This document shows, piece after piece, positions 19,120-27,184 of a stretch of DNA of 64,000 nt (its first letter is position 1; every line of letters starts with the position of its first letter). The notes below the pieces were generated by a model that was not told the origin of the DNA, did no database searches, and worked only from the letters and a program-made list of their open reading frames with translations. This DNA is from Nitrospirota bacterium. Lineage in GTDB: Bacteria > Nitrospirota > UBA9217. The stretch spans positions 72,426-136,425 of the forward strand of contig DATJAP010000016.1 of assembly GCA_035516155.1 (NCBI GenBank). Direction: 5' to 3'. The position numbers and the translations under genes are program-made.

Positions 19120-20856
19120 TTATTTTGTGATAACTTTGCTTACTGGGTTACTGCCGGGGAATGGAGCAAAATAATGAGAATGTTGCCCTTTCCCGCCTGT
19201 GATGATGATCTGCAAATATTCCGGTTTAAGGGTGATCGGGACAAGTGTATCTGGAGTGACTTCACCAAACTTTTCTTTAAAAACAGCCTGATTAGGGCAT
19301 GCCTTTGCCCAGGCGGAAAAGGGAATACGGGCCTTCTCCCAGATGACTTTCCTGATCTGATCTTTTGTCCATCCAGCCTTTGCATAGATATCTGCATGCT
19401 CAGGACCTAGCCCTATGACGTGAGGCTGTTCCATCTGGCTTGTCCAGCAGGGACCTCCAATACTCAGCAATGGAGAGACCGCATGGCTGAACCAATTCGA
19501 AAGCTCTTCAGGGGTAGCACTCCACAAATCTACCACGTCTATAGGAGGCCAGATACCCATCAGGGTCACCACACTTTCTGTCCTCTTAAACCCCTTTTCA
19601 ACGTGGTACGGCTGCCATCCCTTGGGAAGGGCATCCTCATTCTCCCCAAAGATCCAGGCAACAAAATCTGCGGGTGAACCAAGAGTGGTTTTTTTAGGCG
19701 ATGGAGGTTTTGAGCCACCCACAACAGCCGCGATTAAATCAATGGCATAACCTAGGGAAGCATTGGCATGGTGCATCCGGCTCGCGGCTCCCTGACTGTA
19801 TGCAAGGCCAATCTCCTTCACAATCGGGCCGTTCACTATCACGAGCGCGCCGATAGAGCCTGTGGATGTGGCTGAACCGCGCCAGTTTGCTTCAGGTGAC
19901 AGGAGCGCCTCCATGGCTGCTATAAGCACAGGCATATATTCAGGCTTGCATCCAGCCATGACCGCATGGGTCGCCACCAGCTCAACAGTAAGGGATCCCA
20001 TTCTCGGGGGAACCTGCCCGAGAACATCACTCGGTTTGCGGCTGGTCCCCTTCAGCATCGCTGCAACTTTTTCTGGCGTGGGAGGTACTATGGGCAGGCC
20101 AAGGGACCAACCTTTTTCAAAAAACAGGGTGTTTGTATCCTGACCCGTGTCTTTGAACGTAAATCGCTCTGCCGGATAGGGTGGCTTCTTGGGTGGCATT
20201 TCGGCCGTCGGTTTCCATCTTGTTGCGGCATAGAGGATAGCGGGGAAGGCATCCTTGGCCTTTTGCGTTATCTCTTCGATCGCAATCCCCCCCATAGGAT
20301 GGGGTACAACAACGAAGCTCATATCAGCGACACCTTGACTCATTGCGGTATCCTTCGACAGTCCGATAAACTCAGACGTAGCAAGAGTAACAGTGGGAAT
20401 ACCCATTTTTTCCAGATTGAGCTGGTCAACTACCAGCCACGAGGTGCAGGAGCCTCAATCGGCCTGCCCGGCAATCACAAGATCCGGTTTGAATGCGGCT
20501 ATGCGCTGTGCAAGCTGCCTGCTCTTTTCCGGATTCTGACTGATTATTTTTACTTCCGGGGCGTCTTGCCAGGCCTTGATGATCCTTATGTTCTTTACGG
20601 TTTCACTGAGGAGCATCGCGATCTGGTTCATAAAATTGTCTCCGTTCTGTTTTCCGTTCCACTGGAGCACGACGGTCTTTCCTTCGAGATTGGCGGGATG
20701 GGGATTGACCTTCATCGGTTCAATGTTGACGACACCCTCGGGGTTAATCAGTGTCATCTCTTTGGCTACCTCCTGAGAAAATGCAATGGCAGGCAAAGCA
20801 AACAGGGTAGCCGAAAGTAAAATTTTTTTAAAGCCTCCGCACGTTTTTCTTTTCAT
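19120..20856 (-). CDS. predicted exported selenoprotein with a U-G-S-C motif (in-frame UGA at 20455-20457), fused to an uncharacterised C-terminal domain
   Basis: ORFs 20455..20886 and 19120..20406 share one frame. The TGA is followed by 16 open codons. AGGAGG precedes ATG 20856 but there is no SD before ATG 20406. Signal peptide MKRKTCGGFKKILLSATLFALPAIAFS. A hairpin starts 16 nt after the UGA. Confidence 0.65.
20420..20438 (-). promoter_or_regulatory. candidate SECIS hairpin
   Basis: The mRNA can fold as GGCUGGU-AGUUG-ACCAGCU (6 Watson-Crick pairs plus 1 G-U, 5-nt loop), starting 16 nt after the in-frame UGA. Confidence 0.45.
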
Positions 20857-21233
20857 GGTAACATCCCTCCTTTGTTGTGCCATCACTTTTCAACAGGGTA
20901 TCCGGCCTTTATCCATCCCCTAATGGATGGATCAAACAGAACCTTTATGTTGAATCTATCTCTGTTAACTGCGCTGCCAGGTCGGAACTGTCAGACTCGC
21001 CGGGGCCGCAGTTGCAATGGATGATTATCATCCTATCTCGAGGAATCTGTTTTGCGTCTCCTTGGGGTTAGTTTCAGAACCCACGGACCGTTATTATATA
21101 GTACAGTATCCACTTTTTCCCCTCGGGGAACTACACCCCCTCGATCGCTTTGGCAAGCCGCTCGAACCAGCGCACTCGCGTCAAGTGGGCTTGGCCATCT
21201 TTCCCCTGTCGACTGCGATCCAAGATCCAATCG

Positions 21234-22209
21234 TTATCGGTCGAGCACCAGCGGCGGCCGCCGGGTGAGCAGCTCCGAAGCCTCGTGCACCACTCGCTCG
21301 ATCACGTCACATGCCGAGGGAATGTCGTGAATGAGCCCTGGGCCTCTCCCGCAATCGCAGCAGCAATGTCGAAGTCACCTGCCTCGCGCGCCGCCGCATA
21401 CTTCGCCGACTCTTCGTCCAAGTGACGCATGAGTTCGATTTCACGCCCAAACCAGCGATCCGTTTGAGCGTTGCATAGGCACCGCCCGGTAAACGGGGCC
21501 GGCCACACGTTACGCCGGGAGATATCGAACACGATGCTTCGCAACGTGTCGTCGCCCGTGGCTTCGCGAATGCGCTCCTTTGCTGCCTGAGCCCCGGCAG
21601 CCTCCCGCGAGGCATAGAACCGTGTGCCCATGAGTATGCCTGAAGCGCCTAGCATGAGCGCAGCCGCCAGCCCACGTCCATCGGCGATCCCGCCCGCAGC
21701 CGCGATTGGTATGCTTGTCCCGATCGCGTCAACGACTTCCGGCACCAGCGAGATTAGCCCGCGTGATGCTCCGTGTCCGCCTGCTTCGGTGCCCTGCACG
21801 ACTAGAATGTCCGCGCCGACTGCGACAGCCTCCTTTGCAAGAGCGACCGACTGGATCTGACATATAAGGATCGCGCCTGTACGCTTGATCCGATCCACGA
21901 ATGGCTTTGGGTCGCCGAAGGAAAGCATGATCGCTACGGGTTTGCGTTCCAGCGCGAGGTCGAGAAGCATCTGTTGCTTCGCCATGCTCCAGGTAATGAA
22001 GCCTACGCCGAAGAGCGCGTGAGACTGTTCGAGCAAATCGAGTTCCCGGGAGAGCCACTGTTCATCGCCGTACCCGCCCCCCAGAATGCCAAATCCGCCG
22101 GCGGCGCTCACCGCCGCCGTTAGACGCGCATCGGCTACTCGATCCATTAGCGCGAGCAGGACCGGTGGTCGATGCCAAGCAGTTGTGTAATCGATGTGGT
22201 GATCGACAT
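21234..22209 (-). pseudogene. nitronate monooxygenase (NMO / 2-nitropropane dioxygenase family) with two 1-nt frameshifts
   Basis: ATG 22209 gives MSITTSITQLLGIDH. The frame slips near 22165 into ORF 21302..22147 (PVLLALMDRVADARLTAAVSAAGGFGILG...GTEAGGH...), and slips again near 21336 into ...GLIHDIPSACDVIERVVHEASELL...*, with the stop at 21234-21236. Confidence 0.75.
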
Positions 22210-22859
22210 TCAGGCCCCCGTTGGCTAATGCGGCGCCAACAACACAAGGTATTTGTTTCTCATAGCGCCCTCATTTAAACAAAGCGCATTTTATTGTTTT
22301 TGTAGAAGTAACTTTACAGACTATTTATCACTGCAGGGTCAGACACATCGTCACCAACCAGTAAGTTGAATGCTGGTAAAAATATAAATCTTGAAAAAGA
22401 GAGTTTTTAAAATGAAAGGTTTTACTTCTCGGCTTTTAAAAAAATTATATCATGTTTTCGATCTTTATGTGAGCCGAGGTTCTGATTTGAGCGGCGTGTT
22501 TTTTAGGGTTGCTGCAAAAAAAACAAAAAAAGCGCTGTGTCATAATAAGACATGCAGAACGTCGGGTGAAAGGGAATGTCGAGCTATGCGGACATTGCCG
22601 GATCAACAATTCTGGTTGTAACTTACAATTTCACGAAGACTCAACTGTTGCGAACTTCAGGAAGGTACGTGTTGATAATGACGCTAGCATGACACGCATA
22701 TTTCGTTATATATGGGTCTAGAAATTCGCACTCTTTTCGATTGCCGCTTGCGCAGGTTTGTAGTTGAAGTTCGCAGTAACTGCCAGAAGCGAGTCTTGCG
22801 AAGAGGAAGCTATTTATTTAAAGTTGAAAATTATTATTATCATGTAGTGCTCGGCGATA

Positions 22860-23231
22860 TTATTCGTCTTCCATGATGAACTTAAGGTCAAAATTCATCT
22901 TTCTGATGAGTTGCTTCGCCAGATGAATGTCTTCATCGTCGACAGCACTGATATCGAGCTCGTACATATCCTTATCGTTTTCTATCAGAACCCTGCCCTT
23001 TTCCCACTTGATTGTTTTCAACAGGATACGGTCATCCTCCGCGGATACACCTTCAAGCGAAACATCGACGCCACGCTCATGTTCAAGAAGAAAAGGCTCA
23101 TACTTCGGCGAGCGTAACAGAATGAGGCTTTTGACGAAAATCGGGTTTTCGTGCCTAATTGCGAATGATACAATCATATCTACGCCATCATCTTCGGTAT
23201 TTATAAACTTAACCTTTCCAGTTCTTTTCAT
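22860..23231 (-). CDS. acidic hypothetical protein (about 123 aa)
   Basis: ORF 22860..23291. ATG 23231 lies behind AGAAGG and gives MKRTGKVKFINTEDDGVDMIV...YELDISAVDDEDIHLAKQLIRKMN. The pattern is reminiscent of small immunity-type proteins but is unverified. Confidence 0.45.
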   Translation of the reverse strand: MKRTGKVKFINTEDDGVDMIVSFAIRHENPIFVKSLILLRSPKYEPFLLEHERGVDVSLEGVSAEDDRILLKTIKWEKGRVLIENDKDMYELDISAVDDEDIHLAKQLIRKMNFDLKFIMEDE

Positions 23232-23244
23232 GATCGCCTTCTCT

Positions 23245-23463
23245 TTACGCAAACCAATGCTCGACTCGATGGAATAAAAGGGCCTTTTCAAGAGATCCCT
23301 GACTACGAAATGTTATCGGAAAGATTACCTTCGTTACGAGGACAGCCCCACCGATCTGCACAATGCCTCCGATGATATCTAAAAGGGTTGACTGAAGATA
23401 ACGCTGCAGCGGGCAGAACGCCCCTGATTTGAACTCCTGAGAGCCTATATGATATATATCCAT
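23245..23463 (-). CDS. 72-aa hypothetical protein with one hydrophobic segment
   Basis: ORF ends 14 nt before ATG 23231 of the next gene. Hydrophobic stretch LLDIIGGIVQIGGAVLVTKVIF. No family recognised. Confidence 0.3.
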   Translation of the reverse strand: MDIYHIGSQEFKSGAFCPLQRYLQSTLLDIIGGIVQIGGAVLVTKVIFPITFRSQGSLEKALLFHRVEHWFA

Positions 23464-23507
23464 TGATTCTCCATAGACTCAATTCCCTGTTACATATTCT
23501 AGTGCTG

Positions 23508-23864
23508 TCAGAATTTAATCCCTAGAGTTGCCGCTGCCTTGTTCAATTTTTTGTCAAAAGTCCAAACGGGGACGCCAGTCATAATGGCTGATGCTAGGAG
23601 ATGAATATCAACATATCCCAATCCTTTACCCATCAGCCGATGAGTCTCGATAAACAGCATCACTTCTTCGTGATCAGCAAGTTGAGCTGAAGGAAGCGTA
23701 ACAAGTAGTGACAGAATTTGCAACCTGTTCCTGAGGTTGCCGCAAGCCAATTCGCCTACAATGAACGGATGGCAAATTACTTGTCCTTCATTCAACGACG
23801 ATTCGAGCCCAATAGTCCCGGTTCTGAAGTGTTCGACCCATACTGAGGTATCAACAAGCATCAT
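23508..23864 (-). CDS. vapC: PIN-domain toxin VapC
   Basis: 118 aa. MLVDTSVWVEH...FIVGELACG...YVDIHLLASA... is the typical PIN/VapC layout, and the gene lies directly downstream of a small antitoxin gene. Confidence 0.85.
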   Translation of the reverse strand: MMLVDTSVWVEHFRTGTIGLESSLNEGQVICHPFIVGELACGNLRNRLQILSLLVTLPSAQLADHEEVMLFIETHRLMGKGLGYVDIHLLASAIMTGVPVWTFDKKLNKAAATLGIKF

Positions 23865-23867
23865 TTT

Positions 23868-24065
23868 TTATCTGCCTGCCTCTCTCCGCCGCGGTATCAT
23901 CTTTAGTCCTTTTTCCGACCCGCCTAGACGCGCGAGCCGTTTGGCGCTCTCGATCGCTATCAGTGACTCGAGTCCGCGCCGGACGAGAGACGTTTTTTCC
24001 TTAATCCCAGTCAACTTCGCCGCCTTATTGAGCAGTTCGTCCTCTATATTTAATGTTGTTCGCAT
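23868..24065 (-). CDS. vapB: type II antitoxin VapB-like
   Basis: ORF 23868..24188. ATG 24065 lies behind GAGAGGAG and gives MRTTLNIEDELLNKAAKLTGIKEKTSLVRRGLESLI, the common small antitoxin N-terminus paired with VapC. Confidence 0.75.
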   Translation of the reverse strand: MRTTLNIEDELLNKAAKLTGIKEKTSLVRRGLESLIAIESAKRLARLGGSEKGLKMIPRRREAGR

Positions 24066-24570
24066 AGAAGCTCCTCTCATTATAGGATATGTTAATTTAT
24101 ATGTATTAGTATGCATTAATTGTATACCGCTGTCAAGAGGTTTTACGCATAGACATGGCTGGTTTGCCTTGACAAAAAGCTCCTTCATGCGGAGAATTTC
24201 ATCGCTTCGGGATTAATAATTTCGGAAGGAAATATTAAGTGTTAAGGGGAGGGCAACTGCAAATATTCCATGATAGCACAGGTACAATTTCAATAATCAT
24301 GAGCTTCAATATTTCAATCAGAAATCCGCACTAATTTCGGTTGTGAGATGTGCAAATTTGGGAGTTGTACGTGATAAATCTAAACTGTAACGAATTTATC
24401 GGTTACAGGGTGAACATCGCGAATTATTAACTTAGTGCACATCACATATTTCATCCTGAAGCATTCAATATCAAAACTATCTCTATCGAATCGAGGTATC
24501 AGTCGTCATTATGAAGTAGCGCATCAACAAGCTTGAGAACTACAGAATGTTGAAGTTTTGCTGAGCGTCT

Positions 24571-24607
24571 CACATGAATGGAAAAGGCCTGATCTTTTAT
24601 CAATAAG
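24571..24607 (-). terminator. rho-independent terminator after tRNA-Asn
   Basis: 13-bp stem AAGGCCTGATCTT / AAGATCAGGCCTT (24574-24586 / 24595-24607) with an 8-nt loop. A T-run follows on the minus strand. Confidence 0.65.
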
Positions 24608-24624
24608 ATCAGGCCTTATATCGC

Positions 24625-24700
24625 TGGCTCCCGGAGCAGGACTCGAACCTGCGACAGGGTGGTTAACAGCCACCAGCTCTACCGACTGAGCTATCCGGGA
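24625..24700 (-). tRNA. tRNA-Asn (GTT)
   Basis: The reverse complement folds as a 76-nt cloverleaf: TCCCGGA acceptor, anticodon loop CTGTTAA, TTCGAGT T-loop, encoded CCA. Confidence 0.95.
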
Positions 24701-24832
24701 ATTATTGGTTTGTTCTTTGGTTTTACATGGAACGATGAAATCAGGCTGGTATAAATACCATATATAACCCGGTATGTCAATGGGTTATTTTGTTTTTAGT
24801 CCCTTCCCCTTTTATTCACGGACCCTGAAAAA

Positions 24833-25426
24833 TTAACCTTCTTGGCCCTTTTTCAACTGCATGATGACCAGTTTTGCAATCGCTTTGAGCGTATCGAACA
24901 CACCCGCACCCTCGCTTGCTACGGCCTCGAAATCGGGAACATTTCTCGGATTCAACGCTTTGCGCATTTCTTCGGTTGGCACGACATTCGGAAGGTCCCG
25001 TTTGTTGTACTGAATGATCAAGGGCACCGTGTCCATGTTGTATCCCTGTTCGGCGAGGTTTAGACGAAGATTCTCGATGCTCTCGATATTGGCTTCCATG
25101 CGCTCGATCTGCGAATCAGCGACGAAGACAATGCCATCAACGCCCTTGAGTATGAGTTTGCGGCTCGCATCGTAGAAAACCTGGCCTGGAACGGTGTAAA
25201 GGTGAAACCGGGTCTTAAATCCGCGGATTTCACCGAGCGCCAGCGGCAGGAAATCAAAAAACAGGGTGCGCTCAGTTTCCGTCGCAAGAGAGATCATCTT
25301 GCCCTTGCTGTCGGGGTTGGTTTTTTTATAAATCCACTGTAGGTTAGTCGTCTTGCCACAGAGGCCGGGCCCGTAGAAGACGATCTTGCAGTTTATCTCT
25401 CGCGACGAATAATTGATAAAGGACAT
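24833..25426 (-). CDS. mglA: Ras-like GTPase MglA
   Basis: 197 aa. [29 protein letters not shown]...[10 protein letters not shown]...QYNKRDL is near-canonical MglA. Confidence 0.9.
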   Translation of the reverse strand: MSFINYSSREINCKIVFYGPGLCGKTTNLQWIYKKTNPDSKGKMISLATETERTLFFDFLPLALGEIRGFKTRFHLYTVPGQVFYDASRKLILKGVDGIVFVADSQIERMEANIESIENLRLNLAEQGYNMDTVPLIIQYNKRDLPNVVPTEEMRKALNPRNVPDFEAVASEGAGVFDTLKAIAKLVIMQLKKGQEG

Positions 25427-25476
25427 GGGATCGTAATCTCTCTCCTTGCGCTTATGGGGGAATACTCCAGGCCGGC

Positions 25477-25971
25477 TTAACCAAAGAGCTTATCGATGTC
25501 TTCGTCGGTAATCTCGGCAAAGGGAGATTCGCTGCCTTTGCCCGGACCTTTTTCCGTTTCCACTTTTTGCAGGAGTTGGTTGAATATGTTGCCGAGGACT
25601 TCGGCGCTCTTTTTCACGCGGAGTCGAACGAGTCCCAAAGAAGAGCGCTGATCGAAAATGACAACGAGGATAACGCGCTGACCAATAATAGAAATATGGA
25701 TATTATCCCGCGCACCCTCGTGGAAGAGGATGGAAAATTCCTTCTCACCCAGAAGCTTGGCCATGCCGCCGGTCGCTGCGATGTTGCCGGCCGTCAGCGA
25801 CGCCAGCGACGTCGTATCAAGGTTATCCGTCTCACCGGTCGCTGCGATGAGCTGGCCGTTTTTGTCTACAAGAAAGACCACCTTTGCGTTCGCCTGCTGA
25901 AGAAGACGCTGGAGTTCTCCGTCTATGTGTTTAAACTCTTCTTCATACATCACTAAATCGGAACCCAGCAT
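25477..25971 (-). CDS. mglB: Roadblock/LC7-domain protein MglB
   Basis: 164 aa, immediately upstream of mglA. The Roadblock pattern is ...[16 protein letters not shown]...[21 protein letters not shown]... Confidence 0.8.
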   Translation of the reverse strand: MLGSDLVMYEEEFKHIDGELQRLLQQANAKVVFLVDKNGQLIAATGETDNLDTTSLASLTAGNIAATGGMAKLLGEKEFSILFHEGARDNIHISIIGQRVILVVIFDQRSSLGLVRLRVKKSAEVLGNIFNQLLQKVETEKGPGKGSESPFAEITDEDIDKLFG

Positions 25972-26081
25972 GTCTGTCTCTCCTCATTCAAACAGTTCCG
26001 CCCACTACAAAATGCTCAGTTGACGTTATTAAACCATATTAATCGTGAGAATTCAAGCTTTTTTTGGCTCTTCCTCCATGT

Positions 26082-26114
26082 AAAAATAGCCGAGGGTGTA
26101 TCTCCCCCGGCTAT
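26082..26114 (-). terminator. rho-independent terminator after the oxidoreductase operon
   Basis: Stem ATAGCCGAGGG / CCCCCGGCTAT, with a T-run following on the minus strand (plus-strand AAAAA at 26082-26086). Confidence 0.7.
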
Positions 26115-26141
26115 TCTTGATCGGTATCACTGTTGTGAAAA

Positions 26142-27095
26142 TCAGCTCTTGGACATCTCCTGAAGCTTTTTCAGACTCTCCCAGTCTTCGTCCACGAGCT
26201 TCTGGAACCGCTCCAGCAGCGCCTCATTGCCCGGCGCAAAGAGGTGCTTGAACCGTCCCTGCGGCTTGAGCCATTCCGCAATTGGTTTCTTTTTTTCCTT
26301 CGGATCATAGTTGATGGTCCACTTGCCGCCCTGGACTTCATAGAGCGGCCAGTAGCACGTGTCGACCGCGAGCCGGGAAAGAAGAATCGAATCGTTGGTC
26401 TGAGACCTCCACCCGCGGTTGCAGGGAGCGACAACGCCCATATAGGCAGGCCCATTTGTTGCCAACGCTTTTTTCACTTTCATCATGAGGTCCTTCCAGT
26501 TATGCGGCGATGCCTGGGCGGCATAAGCCACATTATGGGCGGCCATGATGCGCGTGAGGTCTTTGCGGCGCTGTGTCTTTCCCTGAATTTTAGAGCCCAC
26601 GGGCTGGGTGGTTGTGTCCGCGCCGAGGGGCGTGGCGCTCGAACGCTGGATACCGGTGTTCATGTAGGCGCCGTTGTCGTAACAAATGTACAGGAGCTGG
26701 TGACCCCTCTCCATTGCGCCAGAAAGCGCCTGGAAACCGATATCATAGGTGCCGCCGTCGCCACCGAATGCAATGAATTTGATGTCCTTGCTGATTTTGC
26801 CTTTTTTCCGGAGCACACGATACATCGTTTCTATCCCGGAGGCCGTGGCAGCGGCGTTTTCAAATGCGCTGTGCATCCAGGGCACTTGCCAAGCCGTGTA
26901 GGGGAACAGGCAGGTCGACACCTCGAGGCAACCCGTGGCATTCGCAATCACCACCGGTTCGTCTATGGCCAGGAGAACCTGGCGCACAACCGTCGGGGCG
27001 CCGCACCCGGAACACATCCGGTGTCCGCCGGTGAGCTGATTCGGCTTGTGTGACAGCGATTTAAGAGTCAGGGGTTTTTCCTGTGTTGTGCTCAT
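26142..27095 (-). CDS. 2-oxoacid (pyruvate-type):ferredoxin oxidoreductase beta subunit
   Basis: ORF 26142..27119. ATG 27095 lies behind AAGGAG. TPP-binding FGGDGGTYDIGFQAL and CSGCG near the N-terminus. Confidence 0.85.
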   Translation of the reverse strand: MSTTQEKPLTLKSLSHKPNQLTGGHRMCSGCGAPTVVRQVLLAIDEPVVIANATGCLEVSTCLFPYTAWQVPWMHSAFENAAATASGIETMYRVLRKKGKISKDIKFIAFGGDGGTYDIGFQALSGAMERGHQLLYICYDNGAYMNTGIQRSSATPLGADTTTQPVGSKIQGKTQRRKDLTRIMAAHNVAYAAQASPHNWKDLMMKVKKALATNGPAYMGVVAPCNRGWRSQTNDSILLSRLAVDTCYWPLYEVQGGKWTINYDPKEKKKPIAEWLKPQGRFKHLFAPGNEALLERFQKLVDEDWESLKKLQEMSKS

Positions 27096-27184
27096 TCTCT
27101 TCTCCTTGGATATAACCACAAAGCAGCTGAGGGAATCAACGCTCGACTCTCCTCGTCCTCTGCGTCATTTGCGGTTGACTTTTA

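Noticed and set aside
22391-22621. 76-aa plus-strand ORF in the AT-rich gap
   Set aside because: It is a low-complexity Lys/Phe/Arg-rich product that includes poly-A/T tracts. It has no SD and no recognisable domain.
22720-22780. About 60-nt similarity between 22720-22780 and 24320-24380 (AGAAATTCGCACTCTTTTCGATTG... vs AGAAATCCGCACTAATTTCGGTTG...), which would flank the vapBC/hypothetical module as direct repeats
   Set aside because: Only about 68-70 percent identity in AT-rich DNA. My rough binomial estimate suggests matches of this quality can arise by chance at this window size. It needs a proper alignment statistic before being called a repeat.
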